In this document: piece by piece, positions 14,535 to 28,075 of the stretch
Layout of the letters: every line of letters starts with the position of its first letter
Numbering within the stretch: position 1 is the stretch's first letter
DNA from: Octopus bimaculoides
Taxonomy: Eukaryota
DNA: 64,000 bases
NCBI RefSeq assembly: GCF_001194135.2
Contig: NC_069003.1
Coordinates: 1,067,425 to 1,131,424 of the forward strand
Reading direction: 5' to 3'
The notes under the pieces: model-generated
Seen by the model: the letters and a program-made list of their open reading frames with translations, nothing else
Told to the model about the DNA's origin: nothing
Databases searched by the model: none
Made by a program: the position numbers and the translations under genes

Positions 14535-15329
14535 CTTTATTGAAAAGCAGCAGAACTATAACAAAAGACTGTTACTCGGAGTTTCACGTTCCCATTATAT
14601 ATGTCACTGCAGCTGGCAGTAACGGAATTGTCATCGGTTAAACGGAGAAATCGTGGAACTGGGAAAATGTATTTGACAGTCACGCTCAAGCATTTGGCCG
14701 ATTCATCACTACAATAACAACACTGCTCAGGCCTCCACCTGGCGACTGCCCACCAGCATACTTACCTAACTACCTACCTAACTACGTACGTACCTACCTA
14801 CCTATCTACCTACCTAATCACATACACACTTACATAGGTATATTCATAAATACTAGCATACACACATGCTTACATATTCACATCTTGTGTGTCTGTATGT
14901 CTCTAAGTGATGATGCCACAGCCTTCCAGCGTTGGTTCATACGTAAGTCATCTATTTGACGGACAGACAATGCAACAGACTCTAACGCTCTCATTCAAAG
15001 TATCTCGCCCTTACACACATTCTCTCTCTCCCTCTCTCTCTCTCGCTCCCATTTTCTCACACTGAATTCCCTTGCCTTCTTCAGTCTTTCAACACGTCGT
15101 CATTCCATACCAACATTACTTTCTCTTTATATTCGTAGGCCTTCTGTTTTCCTCTACTTCTGCGTCTGGTTGTCCTCCTATGTCTTCCACTTCATGCCTC
15201 CAACCACAAATCTGGAAACAATATTTTTATCTCACACACGTACACACAGACAGTGCCCATAAAGACACGCACCTACAACCACACACACACACACACACAC
15301 AGACAGACACACATACACACACACACACA

Positions 15330-15391
<62 letters not shown>

Positions 15392-15521
15392 CACCAAGGC
15401 ATACATTAACACATAAATGTCCACATTCACACCACGTCACACAAATAAATGATTACAGACACGGAGTACAATGAATGGTATATTTGCAAAATATACATAC
15501 ATGAATACATACAGAAACACA

Positions 15522-15558
<37 letters not shown>

Positions 15559-15583
15559 CGGTCTAGTGTATAGTAAATCTATG

Positions 15584-15651
<68 letters not shown>

Positions 15652-16220
15652 CATACATACAACATACATATATGAGTGTGTGTGTGTGTGTGTATGAGTA
15701 TGTGTACATATTGAATGTTTCTCTCTCACACTATCTCTCTCTCATTCTCTCTTTCTCTATCTTTCTCCCTCTCTCTCTCTCTCTCTCTTTCTATCTCTCT
15801 CTCTCTTCTGTTTTGTGTCTCATTCACTCAACCCCTCTTTCTTTCCTTTTTGCTGTCTCTCCGACTTATATGTGATGAAAAATGGAGACTGCAATAATTA
15901 TTACAAAACGAAAGCTGGTCAGCCAACCGTGCCACCGTCTTAGAGCCTGGCTAATATCCAATCATTAAATAAAATATTATATATATATATTTCTACTCAC
16001 ACTTTACACATACACACATACACCAGTATATCATATACATACTAACAAAAACTACCGTTACATCTACGTACACACTTTCATATACCTTCATCACAATATT
16101 AAGCACGTATTCGCTCACACACCATCAGGATATGCTCACACACACTCGTTTTATACACATAGGAGGTCTCATACAGATCTCCCTATCCGTAAACAGGGAC
16201 ATAAGCAACACACCCACGTA

Positions 16221-16286
<66 letters not shown>

Positions 16287-16584
16287 CATGAAAAGTTCTT
16301 TCACTCGTGCATTTGCTGTAAGGTTCGTTGATCGGATACTTCGTATATTTCTTTATCTCTTCATCAGTACTAAAGTCACTTAATGAATGTTCAACGTTAA
16401 TAACAAAACGGAAATTAAAATTATCATTTATTAAATTTTGTAAAAGTATGTGAACATATTCTTTATATCAATTATAGACTCCGAACTGCATACATATACG
16501 AAGAGAGGTTAGCTTTGATTTCAAGAAATTTTCCAATGACACAAATATAAATTGTGTATATTAATAAAGGGCAGGTGTATCTTT

Positions 16585-16681
<97 letters not shown>

Positions 16682-17461
16682 CATCTATCTATATATCATT
16701 TTATTCTTTGTTTGTGTGTGTATGTATGCAAGTCATTGTTCAGTTTTATTTCAAGATTCCTAACAAAAAGAGAAAGAGCCGGTTTCGAACCCAGATTCAA
16801 GGTTCCTTCATTAATATTTCAACATCAACGACAGGGTATTTTTGTATATATGTATGTCTGTATGTATGTATATGTGCAGATTTGTATATTTTGTTTTATA
16901 TATGTATGTTAATGCATATAGTTACATATCTAGACATGCTCATATATATGTTTAAATGATAATCTTCTGGAAAATTTTTACAGATTTTTACAGTTCCAGT
17001 GATGGATTGGATCTGTAGTCATCGAATTAACTCTCTCCTCTCTGGTTTTGAGAAGCCTAATTTCTCAAGATTGGTATTTAGGCAGTGTGTTATGTAGACA
17101 CGCGTACACTTATGAACGCGTCTGCAGATAATGGAAAGAATATATGTACAATAAATTGGGGCATAGTAGAGTGTACATATATTTTTTCGTTGTATGTTTA
17201 ATGGTTGTATTGATGTAGTAAAGTGAACGAAAAATATCCCATCTACCATAACGAATGGAAGAAAAGAAAAATGGATACAAAATCATAAAGAAAGATTAAA
17301 AGGCAATCGTATAAGACCACTTCATTCTGGAGCGGGAAATAAATGCACGATACCTGCTAGCATCTGAGATTATTAAATGTCCTTCGGAGATTTATTGTAT
17401 GTGGCAGAATAATTCTACGTGACAGATGGTGGTTTGATCCTAACCAGGCCAAGCATACACG

Positions 17462-17555
<94 letters not shown>

Positions 17556-19174
17556 AATGTGTGTGTGTGCGTTATATTTATGCATATTATTGTGTGTAGA
17601 GTTTCGTTTTCTGACACGGTAAACCCATGGTGAGTGTTCGGTTTAACACATGAAATGAATACTTCCTAATTGGTATTTAAAGAATGGAATTAGTTCGGAT
17701 CCAGATCAGCGATTATGGAAAAGTCTCTCTAAAGTATACTTGTCAACAGGGTAAACTGAAATTGCATGAAACATTAAGTGTTACTTATCATTATTATTAT
17801 TATTATTATTATTGCTGTTGTTGTTATTCGTTATCGCTGTAACTGGAAACACTCGTTATGTGGATTCTGCTTACCCTAGCACCATGGAGATTACTGAGTT
17901 GTAGTAGTCGCGAAACCTCTATAAAACCACACCCTGCTGTGATGTAACATGTGTATGCAATGTTGGCGTCTCCAAGATAGACTCCGTATAAAATACAGGA
18001 TAGTCACTAATGGAACGCCCTCGATAATTTGCCTGCTTCATCAGGACTTGATTAGGTCCAAGCAAAGTGGAAGAATAGGGTCCGCGTATACTTTTACATG
18101 GTTTGGAAGAAACTGTATCTAAATGCCTGTCATTCCACAATCTCCCAGCATTCCAACCATGACCATCCTGCATTTTATTATGATACGATCTATTTTTTTC
18201 TTAATTACATCTGAGAGGAAGCATTCGTTTAGATGTCAGCTGGGTATGCTTCCAATGTGTGAAATTATTATTGTTATTATTATTGTTCAGTAGTTTTAAT
18301 TTTATAACGTGCTTTCACTTCACTACCGAGCGCAGCTCTGTGTGCCTTGGGTATGTGCTGTGGTTTGCTGTGATGCTCTTATGGTTACTGTATTGAAAGT
18401 GTTTTGCGTAGGATGTGTGCAATTATTTTTATTATTATTATAAGTAGTAGTAGTAGCAGTAGTAGTGGTGGTGGTGGTGGTAGTAGTAGCAGCAGCAGCA
18501 GAAGAAGAAGAAAAGATGTGGCAAAACATAAATATCGGATTCCGAGCTCAAGGATGGTCACGCGCTCAAGGTGGATTCCGCGCTCACTTTTGGAGAGACA
18601 TAGGCCATGATTCATTAGGAGTTAACTAGTAATAACTGGAGAGTTTGGTCTCGTAGACGACGGAACTTGAGTATTGTACGCGTGTATGTGTGTGTATGTG
18701 TGTGCACATATGTGTATGTGTTTGTGTTTGTGGGTATATGCGTGTGCAATTTAGCAAATAAGTTTCTACAAGTCTGAGAGATTATACAACATCGCAAGAA
18801 ATGTGTGTCTACTTGCTTAAATATCAATAAATCTGTATTATATTCTCTCTCCTTGCATATATTTGTGTGTGTGTGTGTGTGTGTGTGTACATATACACAC
18901 ATATTCTCACACATCCAGAATATAAATATACGTAACATGAGGCAGATCGCACACACGTATACTCTCAATGGCCGCCAGAAACTGACACGGGCGCTCTCTA
19001 AGAAGTCGATGCAGACATAAATACACGCGTGTACAGATAGTCAAGCACGTATAAATATTTTCAGTAATACACGCAGGCGTTGAGAGATACATCATAGATA
19101 CGTACACCCGCTACACCCGCCTATTTATATAATAAACACATATTCAAATATACTTCTTTGACCATAATATGTAG

Positions 19175-19218
<44 letters not shown>

Positions 19219-19351
19219 NNNNNNNNNNNNNNNNNNNNNNNNNNNNNNNNNNNNNNNNNNNNNNNNNNNNNNNNNNNNNNNNNNNNNNNNNNNNNNNNNN
19301 NNNNNNNNNNNNNNNNNNNNNNNNNNNNNNNNNNNNNNNNNNNNNNNNNNN

Positions 19352-19398
<47 letters not shown>

Positions 19399-20182
19399 GT
19401 ATACATACATACACACACATACATACACATACACACACATATATATACATATATGAAGTGGTGTGTAAATTATAAATTATATAGCGCTGCCAATTTATCA
19501 TCGTAAGTTCTTTCCGCATCAGTGAATTTCGTAGTTAGACCAACGTATTGAGACGTGTATATTGATAGTCAGCAGTTTGTCAGTATGTGAGGCCAGAGAG
19601 GGTGAGACAGGTGGCAAAGGATGGTGGGTAAATAAATAGGAAGATATAAAGATAAATAAAGGGGGTGGATAGATAGATTGAGAGGGAGAGAGGAAGAGAG
19701 AGAGAGAGAGATAGGAGAGGGAAAGAGAGAGGGAGAAATTGTTTATTTGGCTGTTGCAGATTGTCCGTGTTTGAAAAACAGAATGAAAGGGGAGAGACAG
19801 AGAAATTAGTAGGCAGAGGTGATTCAAAGAGAAAATAACCATTCGTATTAAGGGTTTTGATGAACGTAAACGTAAAATGATGAGAGACACACAAACCAGG
19901 AGGGAGAATGAGAGAGAGAGCAAGGGAGAGAGAAAGAGAAATATGAAAGAGAGTGAGAGAGGCAAGGAGAATGTTAGCCGGAAGCTGGCAGTTGAATTGA
20001 TAGACTTAGTTCAAAGTTAGACTCCTGCAGCCAGACAGGAAGGTGAATATATGAACTATTGAAATGGCATACATATAGACATACATACAAATAAACATAC
20101 TTACATACATAATACATACATACATAATACATACATATATAGCTAAATCATACTTACATACATACATAAATACATATATACA

Positions 20183-21064
20183 TACCTAAAACGAAAACCA
20201 GGCGGCAGAGGCATGACATCAATCCAATATGCCTTTGAATGTTGCATCACATCCCTTCGGCAACATTTTCTAACCACCAATTGTCGAAGTGCATCCCTGA
20301 CCAAGTTTGCACACATGAAGCCGATAACAACATAAGACATGGGTGGCATCTCCTTCAGCAACACTCTTTGTCTGATAACCTAGAATACATGCCCAAAGAA
20401 GTCACTCGACTCTACCGCAACCTATCATCAAATGAAAGGATGAGCTTTTATGAGCAGAAGACTATACAGGGATATGTTACTAGAAAGCTCCGAGATGATG
20501 TTAACATCGATCATCAAAGCAGTTTATCATGGATGAATAGCCGGATTACTACCTCCCGCTTTGAAGGGTATGCATTTGCAATCCAGGAACAGGAAATATC
20601 AACCAAGTGCATGATGCACAAAAGGGATAGAGATGCGGGAAAAGCCGTAAAATGCGACGACCGATGCAGACTTTGTGGAGTTCACACTGAAGATATCACC
20701 TAAGTCATAAGCAGTTATCCGAAATTGTCATCAGGTATTATCTACCGATGAGACATGACGTTGTAGCTAGGACACTCTGTAATGAAATCCGTCGGAAGGA
20801 TAACCCAGGACAAAGAAATAAGAACCCACAATATGGAAGAGAAACCATAGCCACTCATAATAAAAAGGAATACTGGTGGAATGTCCCAATGAAGACCTCA
20901 ATAAAATGTAAGCACAACAGACCTGATATAACGATTTGGGATAGAGAAGAGAAACCGTACAAAGTTGTTGAAATCAGCTGCTCAGAGGAGGTTAACAGAA
21001 AGCTGAAGATCAGGGAAAAACAAAAAAAAAAACGCCTATGCTGAACTACTGAGAAATCTGAGTT
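20183..21064 (+). mobile_element. R4/Dong-clade (RLE-type) non-LTR retrotransposon, internal C-terminal fragment, pseudogenised
   Basis: YLKRKPGGRGMTSIQYAFE (post-RT motif), SRFEGYAFAIQEQEISTK, zinc knuckle CRLCGVHTEDIT*VISS (20665 onward), RHD (20751), WWNVP, HNRPDITIWD...VVEISC (PD...E restriction-like endonuclease); stops and frameshifts throughout. Confidence 0.92.
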
Positions 21065-21095
21065 AAATATATATATATATATATATAAATATATA

Positions 21096-21329
21096 CCGCG
21101 TTAGCCATAAGTCACCCGACAGTAAATCAAACATCCATAAATACTTAATATTCAATTTTATTTATTCATTTCAGTTATGGATGTTTAATAATTGAATACT
21201 GTAAAATAACTGTGTTTTTTTTTTCAACATTTGTTTATTTATTAGCGAAGTCTCATATGAAATAACCTTGGAACTGTTTTAATCTTGAAAATTTGATCTA
21301 CTGTCAGGCGACTTTTGCCCAACCCTGTG
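21096..21329. mobile_element. Tc1/mariner-type MITE (234 bp)
   Basis: Left gttagccataagtcacccgacagtaaatcaaa matches the reverse complement of the right end, gttgggcaaaagtcgcctgacagtagatcaaa, at 26/32; the left end follows TA within a TA run. Confidence 0.7.
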
Positions 21330-21788
21330 AATACACACACACACACATACACGCACACACACACATATATAAATACGTATATTTGTATACATATATATGC
21401 CTATTTTTCTGTATATATACATACATATATGTTGACTGAAAAAGAGAAAGAACAACGTAAGTCGATTTTCGAAACACATCGTGTTTTCATCTAGGTTGTC
21501 TTCATCATTTTCACTAATCCCAGAGGAATTACCAGCCAATCTGTTCATCTACCTCTACTAAATTCTCATACCGCAAATGTTTCACATATTTAATAAGAGT
21601 GGGGCTGCCAACAGAGATGACAATCCACACACTGTGAAGGTATCACATCTCATGTCTGTAACCTATGAGCTGGATGTATGAACGGGGCAAATTAAGCTAT
21701 CTCTGTAGGTATACAGATTGACAGATTGAAAGACTGACCTAGAAATACAATACACGAGTGAATGTGCGTTGATATAACTATACACGAG

Positions 21789-21819
<31 letters not shown>

Positions 21820-21894
21820 GAGAGAGAGAAGGAGAGAGAAAGAGAGAGCAGGAGGGAGAGAGGGTGGGAAATAAAGACCCCTGCATATATTTAG

Positions 21895-22005
21895 AACTGG
21901 AGCAACGTAAAATAAATTGCCTTCATCAAGGACACAACGCATCGACGGAAGTTGAACTCACGACTTTACGATTGTGAGACGAATGCCCTAACCATTTAGG
22001 CGGCT
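21895..22005 (-). mobile_element. SINE family C, 5' head
   Basis: Minus strand cctaaatggttagggc (A-box)...gtgagttcaacttcc (B-box)...gttgtgtccttgatgaaggcaatttattttacgttgctccagtt. Confidence 0.75.
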
Positions 22006-22019
22006 GTGTGGTGTATATA

Positions 22020-22050
<31 letters not shown>

Positions 22051-22659
22051 AGATATATATATATATAGATATAGATATACATAGATACACAAATATATGT
22101 ATGTATGTCAGTCTAACATATGGGAGATGGAGAGAAGTTATGACAAATGTTGCCGTTTGTGTGTGTGTGTGTGTGTCCAGTTTTGTGTGTGACCGCTGGA
22201 GAAAAATGGAAAGATACGCAAAGGTAACAGAATAATTTTGTAAAAGGTGAATCAATAGATTTGAAAGATATCAATTAGAATTATATCTGATTAAGTCTGA
22301 GAGAGAAAGGAATGTATTAATTACAATCTATCGAGTCTGGTTTATGACAAAGATCGTTATGTGTACCCCATCGCCACCTCTGTCTTATTATCAACGATCT
22401 ACGTGACGTTGTAGAAATGTGTTTAAAGGAGGTTTGTTTGCTTCATAATCTCTTGGGCCGGTGGCCAAAACACTGCAGCTAACCTTGGACACGTAAATGA
22501 CTTTTAGCTTAGCCCCGTATCGACCGATGCCCAGTTCTGTCGGAGAATACTCAGATACATAAGGCATTACCGAAGCTTAGCACACACACACACACACGCA
22601 CACGCGCACACGCAAGCTCTCTCGAGCGCACACACACATATACACACTCGGACACACAC

Positions 22660-23035
22660 AGTGGCATTCGTTCTTCGTCATGTATCGTAGACTTTCGCAA
22701 TGCGTTCATGACGCTACAACAAAGTCTCCCCGGTCAAGCGCTGCCTCCACTATCATATAAATCCACTGCCTTACTTTCTCACAACGCTTTTCGGTAGAAA
22801 TATTGGGGTGGGTCGCTATTGCCCTCCACAACGGCATGGCCGGTAGTCCAGAGAGAGCTCATCTGCCTTTCGGCAAGTATTGTTTTTAGTCCTGCTGCAT
22901 GTCCAGATACCTTCCACACAAGGGTAGAAAGTTACTACTCACTTACACAAGCCTACTTGGTCGCTGACCACCCGACCGTGAAACAGTTCGTACCGATTTA
23001 CAAGATGCTAGCAGCAGATCTCATCTGCCCGTGAT
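22660..23035 (-). mobile_element. RTE-related retroposon remnant with a Bov-A-like tail
   Basis: Minus strand ggagggcaatagcgacccaccccaatatttctaccgaaaa...cgtcatgaacgcattgcgaaagtctacgatacatgacgaag resembles the RTE/Bov-A end as I recall it (ggagaaggcaatggcaccccactccagtattcttgcc...gtccatggggtcgc..gagtcggacacgactgag). Confidence 0.5.
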
Positions 23036-23933
23036 TAACTAGACAGTAGACATATAGACTAATCTGTTATATTTCCTTCCACCTTCACTTCGAGCTCACA
23101 AAAGTGCTTTAACGTAGTCGTATGATAATGACAATATAGACGTATCCCTGAGTTCGAACCTTGGATCTCATCTTTCTGAAGTAAATCTCTAAACTAATCT
23201 GACATTGCTAAAGAAGGAAAATGCACACATTTTACATAGTTTTATTACAATTTTTAATATATCTTTTATTGTGTTTGTCGACCGGTTTCGATTTCGCTAT
23301 TCATGACATTAAAATTTATTTAAATACGTATTTTATTAAGTAGAAATTTTTTCATCCACGTTGTGTGTAATATTTATGAGTGAATGATTCAATATATATA
23401 TATGTATATATATGTATATATTATATAGTCTCTCATAAAGCTGACCAAGTGTATATAGATTCCCCTAATAGAGGCTTCTATACATTGTGTTGTTTAGAAG
23501 TTACTCAGAGCCTTAAGCAATGCGTAGAAGAAAACGACATGGAAGACCGAATGTATCCACATAAAGGAAGTAATTATTTACCATCATATGCAGAATGTAC
23601 GTATGCATGTGTGTATATGCGAATGCGTATAAGTTAACATCTCTGTGCGTACTCTCATAGGCACACACACACACAAACACATATATATATGTATGCGTGT
23701 GTGTGTGTTTCCATATGTATATATATATATATTTATACAAACATACATATACATCTGTGCTTACAAATGCACATACATAGACATGTGTGTATATAAATAT
23801 GTGTGTGCATTTGTGCGTGTGTGTGAGTGTGTGCGTGAATGTGTGTACGCGTGGGCGTGTGTATGTACGTATAAATACATATACACACTCAAGCATATAC
23901 CTGCCGAATTATGTGTCTGTGCGTGTGTGTATG

Positions 23934-23980
<47 letters not shown>

Positions 23981-24239
23981 GTGTATGTATGTATATATAT
24001 ATATATATATAGAATATAAACATACATTTTCACACATACATTTGCATGCGTATATGTGTGTGCGTGTGTATATCTCCGTTGTATTGTACTGTAGTATGTA
24101 AGCAGTGGAACTGTTTTGAATGTCCAGTTTCCTTTGAAGTTGTAATGGCGTCGAAAAGATGAAAGCGATCACTTAGGTTCAATCCTGACTGACGGATGAA
24201 GAAACACAATACAACTTTGATGCTAAAGCTTTGCAAAAA

Positions 24240-25100
24240 CAACAACAACAACAACAACATCACCAACGAAAACGATATCAATAGCCACAACGATATCCAT
24301 AACCAATAAACACAGNNNNNNNNNNNNNNNNNNNNNNNNNNNNNNNNNNNNNNNNNNNNNNNNNNNNNNNNNNNNNNNNNNNNNNNNNNNNNNNNNNNNN
24401 NNNNNNNNNNNNNNNNNNNNNNNNNNNNNNNNNNNNNNNNNNNNNNNNNNNNNNNNNNNNNNNNNNNNNNNNNNNNNNNNNNNNNNNNNNNNNNNNNNNN
24501 NNNNNNNNNNNNNNNNNNNNNNNNNNNNNNNNNNNNNNNNNNNNNNNNNNNNNNNNNNNNNNNNNNNNATTACACGAACAACAAAAGCTGTAGTTAATAC
24601 TATGACACCTAACAATTACCACCTCCACCACAGCAACAACGATAAGAACAACAATGATAACAGCTATAACAACAACAACAACAATATCTATATCATACGT
24701 CAATAACCACAATGACAGCTATAACTAGAGCGACTGCAACAAGAACATTATTGTAACGTAGCAACCTCCATTGAAGCAACTCGTAGCAATTGCAACGACT
24801 ATAATCAACAGATTTAACGACAATAACCACATTTCGTAGCAACTGCAACTACAATAACAACTACAATAACAAGACGTTCAGCAATGTCAAAGGACTATAA
24901 CAACAAGTGCAACAGAAGCTGGGACAACAGCAACAACAAAAACGTATGTAGGACTCGGCGATGACAACAGTTTGTGGAACAAGATGAACAACGACAGCCA
25001 TACAACCGTACGGCAAGAGAATGGCATAAATAAATTTAATGCCAACATCAAAGACATCAGCAGCAACATCAATAACAATGACAAAAGATTTAAGAGCATC
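24240..25100. repeat. Degenerate (AAC)n-rich low-complexity tract containing a gap
   Basis: Cryptically simple aac/caa/cag repeats; source of the poly-V/L ORFs on the minus strand. Confidence 0.85.
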
Positions 25101-25125
25101 AATAGGAGTGTATGACGTAATCATG

Positions 25126-25271
25126 GGCGTGTCTGTGTGGTAAGAGGTTTGCTTCGTAACCACAAGGGTCCGGGTTCGGTTCGACTGCGCGGACTTTGGG
25201 CAAGTGTTTTCTACTATAGCCGCGGGACGACCTTGGGAGTGGACTTAGTAGAAGGAAACTGAACGAAGTCC
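25126..25271 (+). mobile_element. tRNA-derived SINE, family B
   Basis: ggcgtgtctgtgtggtaagaggtttgcttcgtaacc...ccgggttcggttcg...ggcaagtgttttctactatagcc...ggaaactgaacgaagtcc, followed by (TA)n(TG)n. Confidence 0.8.
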
Positions 25272-25323
<52 letters not shown>

Positions 25324-25394
25324 CTTTGCGTATGTGCTTGCCCTTACCACCACTAACCTTGTTGAGGGTGTTGCCCCAGCATGACCTAGAAAGT

Positions 25395-25631
25395 TCCCCT
25401 CCGAGGCATAAGTCCAGGTAAGGCGTTTTATAGAAGACCAGCAGTCGCCCATGCACACCATCCTCCCCTCTCCCCGCCACCGATGTTATCCAAGGGAAAG
25501 GCAAAGGGGCCGATACAGCTTGGCACCTGTGACGTCACAACTCATCTCTACAGCTGAGTGAACTGGAGCAACGGGAGATAAAGTGTCTTGCTCAAGAACA
25601 CAACACGCAGCCCAGTTCGGGAATCGAACTT
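25395..25631 (-). mobile_element. SINE family C-related copy
   Basis: Plus strand cagctgagtgaactggagcaacgggagataaagtgtcttgctcaagaacacaac...gggaatcgaact is the reverse complement of the family C head and core. Confidence 0.7.
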
Positions 25632-25727
25632 AAGTCTGAAAATAAGACGAGGGGTCACTACAGGATTGTTTTTGACCATGGGCCTGATTGAAGGAAGCTG
25701 ACCAAGAGTCAAACAACAACAAAAATG

Positions 25728-25767
<40 letters not shown>

Positions 25768-26440
25768 TGGCAAGGCCAGCAGTCATAGCAATAAGGATAA
25801 TGGTAATGCTACATCAAGTACCGCAGGAAGAAAAATAACGGAAATGACGAGAATTGGAACGAGAGGACGAGCTTTGTTAAAAAAAGAAACGCAATAAGGC
25901 TGGAAACGACGACGACAGCAACAATCAGAAGAACAACAACAGCTGTTAGAGGAGCAATATTAACAATAGCAACGACAACAAGAAAAAAGAAATAGAAACA
26001 GCAGAGACATCACTAAGTTAACCGGAAGTTGCACCATTAAAAATGAACCAAAAACAAGGACTATAAAAAAAACAAAAACAAAACAAGGAAAGCAGAAAAA
26101 CTATAACAAAAAGAACAACAGAATAACAATAATAAAAAAAAATCAATAAAAGCAAACAAAATTATGACAAAACACTGTCGAAAAGTAGCAAAAAAAACAG
26201 CAACAAACCACAGCAGCAAATACCCGGATGTTGGTGTTGAGCCAGAACAATGAGTAAAGTTAGAAAGAGATGTATTAATAAATATTTCATATAAATGTAT
26301 ATTGTGAATGGTAGACTTATATATGTATGTATGGTTGGCTGGATTGTTACGGTTGGATGGCTGTTTGTATCCATGTTATGAACGCATGAATGCACCTATC
26401 ACCAACTGCGTTCCCTTTCTCATTTATGCCTCTTTGTTCA

Positions 26441-26473
<33 letters not shown>

Positions 26474-26906
26474 ATGTATGTATGTATGTATGTATGTATA
26501 TGTATGTATATATGTATATGTATGTAGTATAACTTGTATATTTCTTAGACGATAGACTGCCAAAATAAAGTTTCCGTGATGCATAATAGCTGTTCACACA
26601 GCGACTATTCAACAACAAAAACGTCGAAAACAGCCCTTTCAAAGCTGCTGTTCCGAATATTCCATAAGACAGCTACTGGAAAAAGCTCTGAGATGATCTT
26701 GTGTAGGTGTCACGTGACCGTGCTCAACCAATCAACCTGGGCGTTAAAGTGATAAGGATCTCAGCTACATTCCCTCTAGAAAAGGAAACGGTATCTCGGA
26801 CAACGTCAATAAAGAGATACAATTCGCGACAAAATTCCACGTTCCTCATAACGAACTTTTGAAATAAAAACATATGGGAAATCAGTTAATTATGAATGTG
26901 TATATT

Positions 26907-26941
<35 letters not shown>

Positions 26942-27145
26942 ATACATACCTATCTTTCTATTAATCTCTATCTCTCTCTCTATTATGCCGATTTTAGAGA
27001 AAGTAAATAAGTACATGAGTGAAAATCGAACCGGTGAGTGTGTTAAGTAATAAGACACTAAGAGAGAATGACTCTAAACAGACACAATAAAATATGCTTC
27101 AATACACGAATTCACATAACGAATCTTGCAAACCTAATACAACAG

Positions 27146-27187
<42 letters not shown>

Positions 27188-27378
27188 TAGTAAGATTCAG
27201 CTGAATTAAGTACTTACGTTGAGGCACATTGTTAGGTCGGAATAATATACATACACAACAATATTACGTAAATATCAACTTTGGTACAGAAGTACCAGCA
27301 GAATGCTATTCTTGCAGTGCATACAGACAATTAAGCTCAGATGAGTACATCATCCGATTTGGAGCTATTCAAACATAC

Positions 27379-27450
27379 CTTCGTAATATACTTCAGAATT
27401 TGCGAAGGTCATGTTCCGGGACAAGTGAATCAAATGTAAATACATAACAA
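27379..27450 (-). CDS. Candidate 72-nt phase 1-1 exon with an LRR-like register
   Basis: Acceptor ttttcccataaatttcccttcag| and donor GAAG|GTATGT; only one frame is open: xVMYLHLIHLSRNMTFANSEVYYE(G). This fits LxxLxLxxN as L-H-L-I-H-L-S-R-N but matches the second half of the LRR consensus poorly. Confidence 0.4.
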
Positions 27451-27542
27451 CTGAAGGGAAATTTATGGGAAAATTTTATGCATTTATGTATGTATGTATG
27501 TATATATGTATGTATGCATGTCTGTCTGTCTGTCTGCCTGCC

Positions 27543-27577
<35 letters not shown>

Positions 27578-27939
27578 ATGTATGTATGCATGTATGTTTG
27601 TACGTTTGTACGTGTATATATANNNNNNNNNNNNNNNNNNNNNNNNNNNNNNNNNNNNNNNNNNNNNNNNNNNNNNNNNNNNNNNNNNNNNNNNNNNNNN
27701 NNNNNNNNNNNNNNNNNNNNNNNNNNNNNNNNNNNNNNNNNNNNNNNNNNNNNNNNNNNNNNNNNNNNNNNNNNNNNNNNNNNNNNNNNNNNNNNNNNNN
27801 NNNNNNNNNNNNNNNNNNNNNNNNNNNNNNNNNNNNNNNNNNNNNNNNNNNNNNNNNNNNNNNNNNNNNNNNNNNNNNNNNNNNNNNNNNNNNNNNNNNN
27901 NNNNNNNNNNNNNNNNNNNNNNNNNNNNNATATATACAT

Positions 27940-28075
27940 ATATATCTACATATATACATGTATATATATATTTCGATACATACATATATATATCTACATG
28001 TATATATATATTTCGATACATACATATATATATCTACATATATACATGTATATATATATTTCGATACATACATAT
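27940..28075. repeat. TA-based minisatellite, three copies
   Basis: tttcgatacatacatatatatatctaca-type core at 27971, 28011 and 28059; next to the 27623-27929 gap. Confidence 0.85.

Noticed and set aside
17870-18173. 84-aa minus-strand ORF and a 44-nt segment (RFRDYYNSVISMVLG) before a GG|GTAAGC donor
   Set aside because: No polypyrimidine tract for the long ORF, weak acceptor for the short one, and no recognisable similarity.
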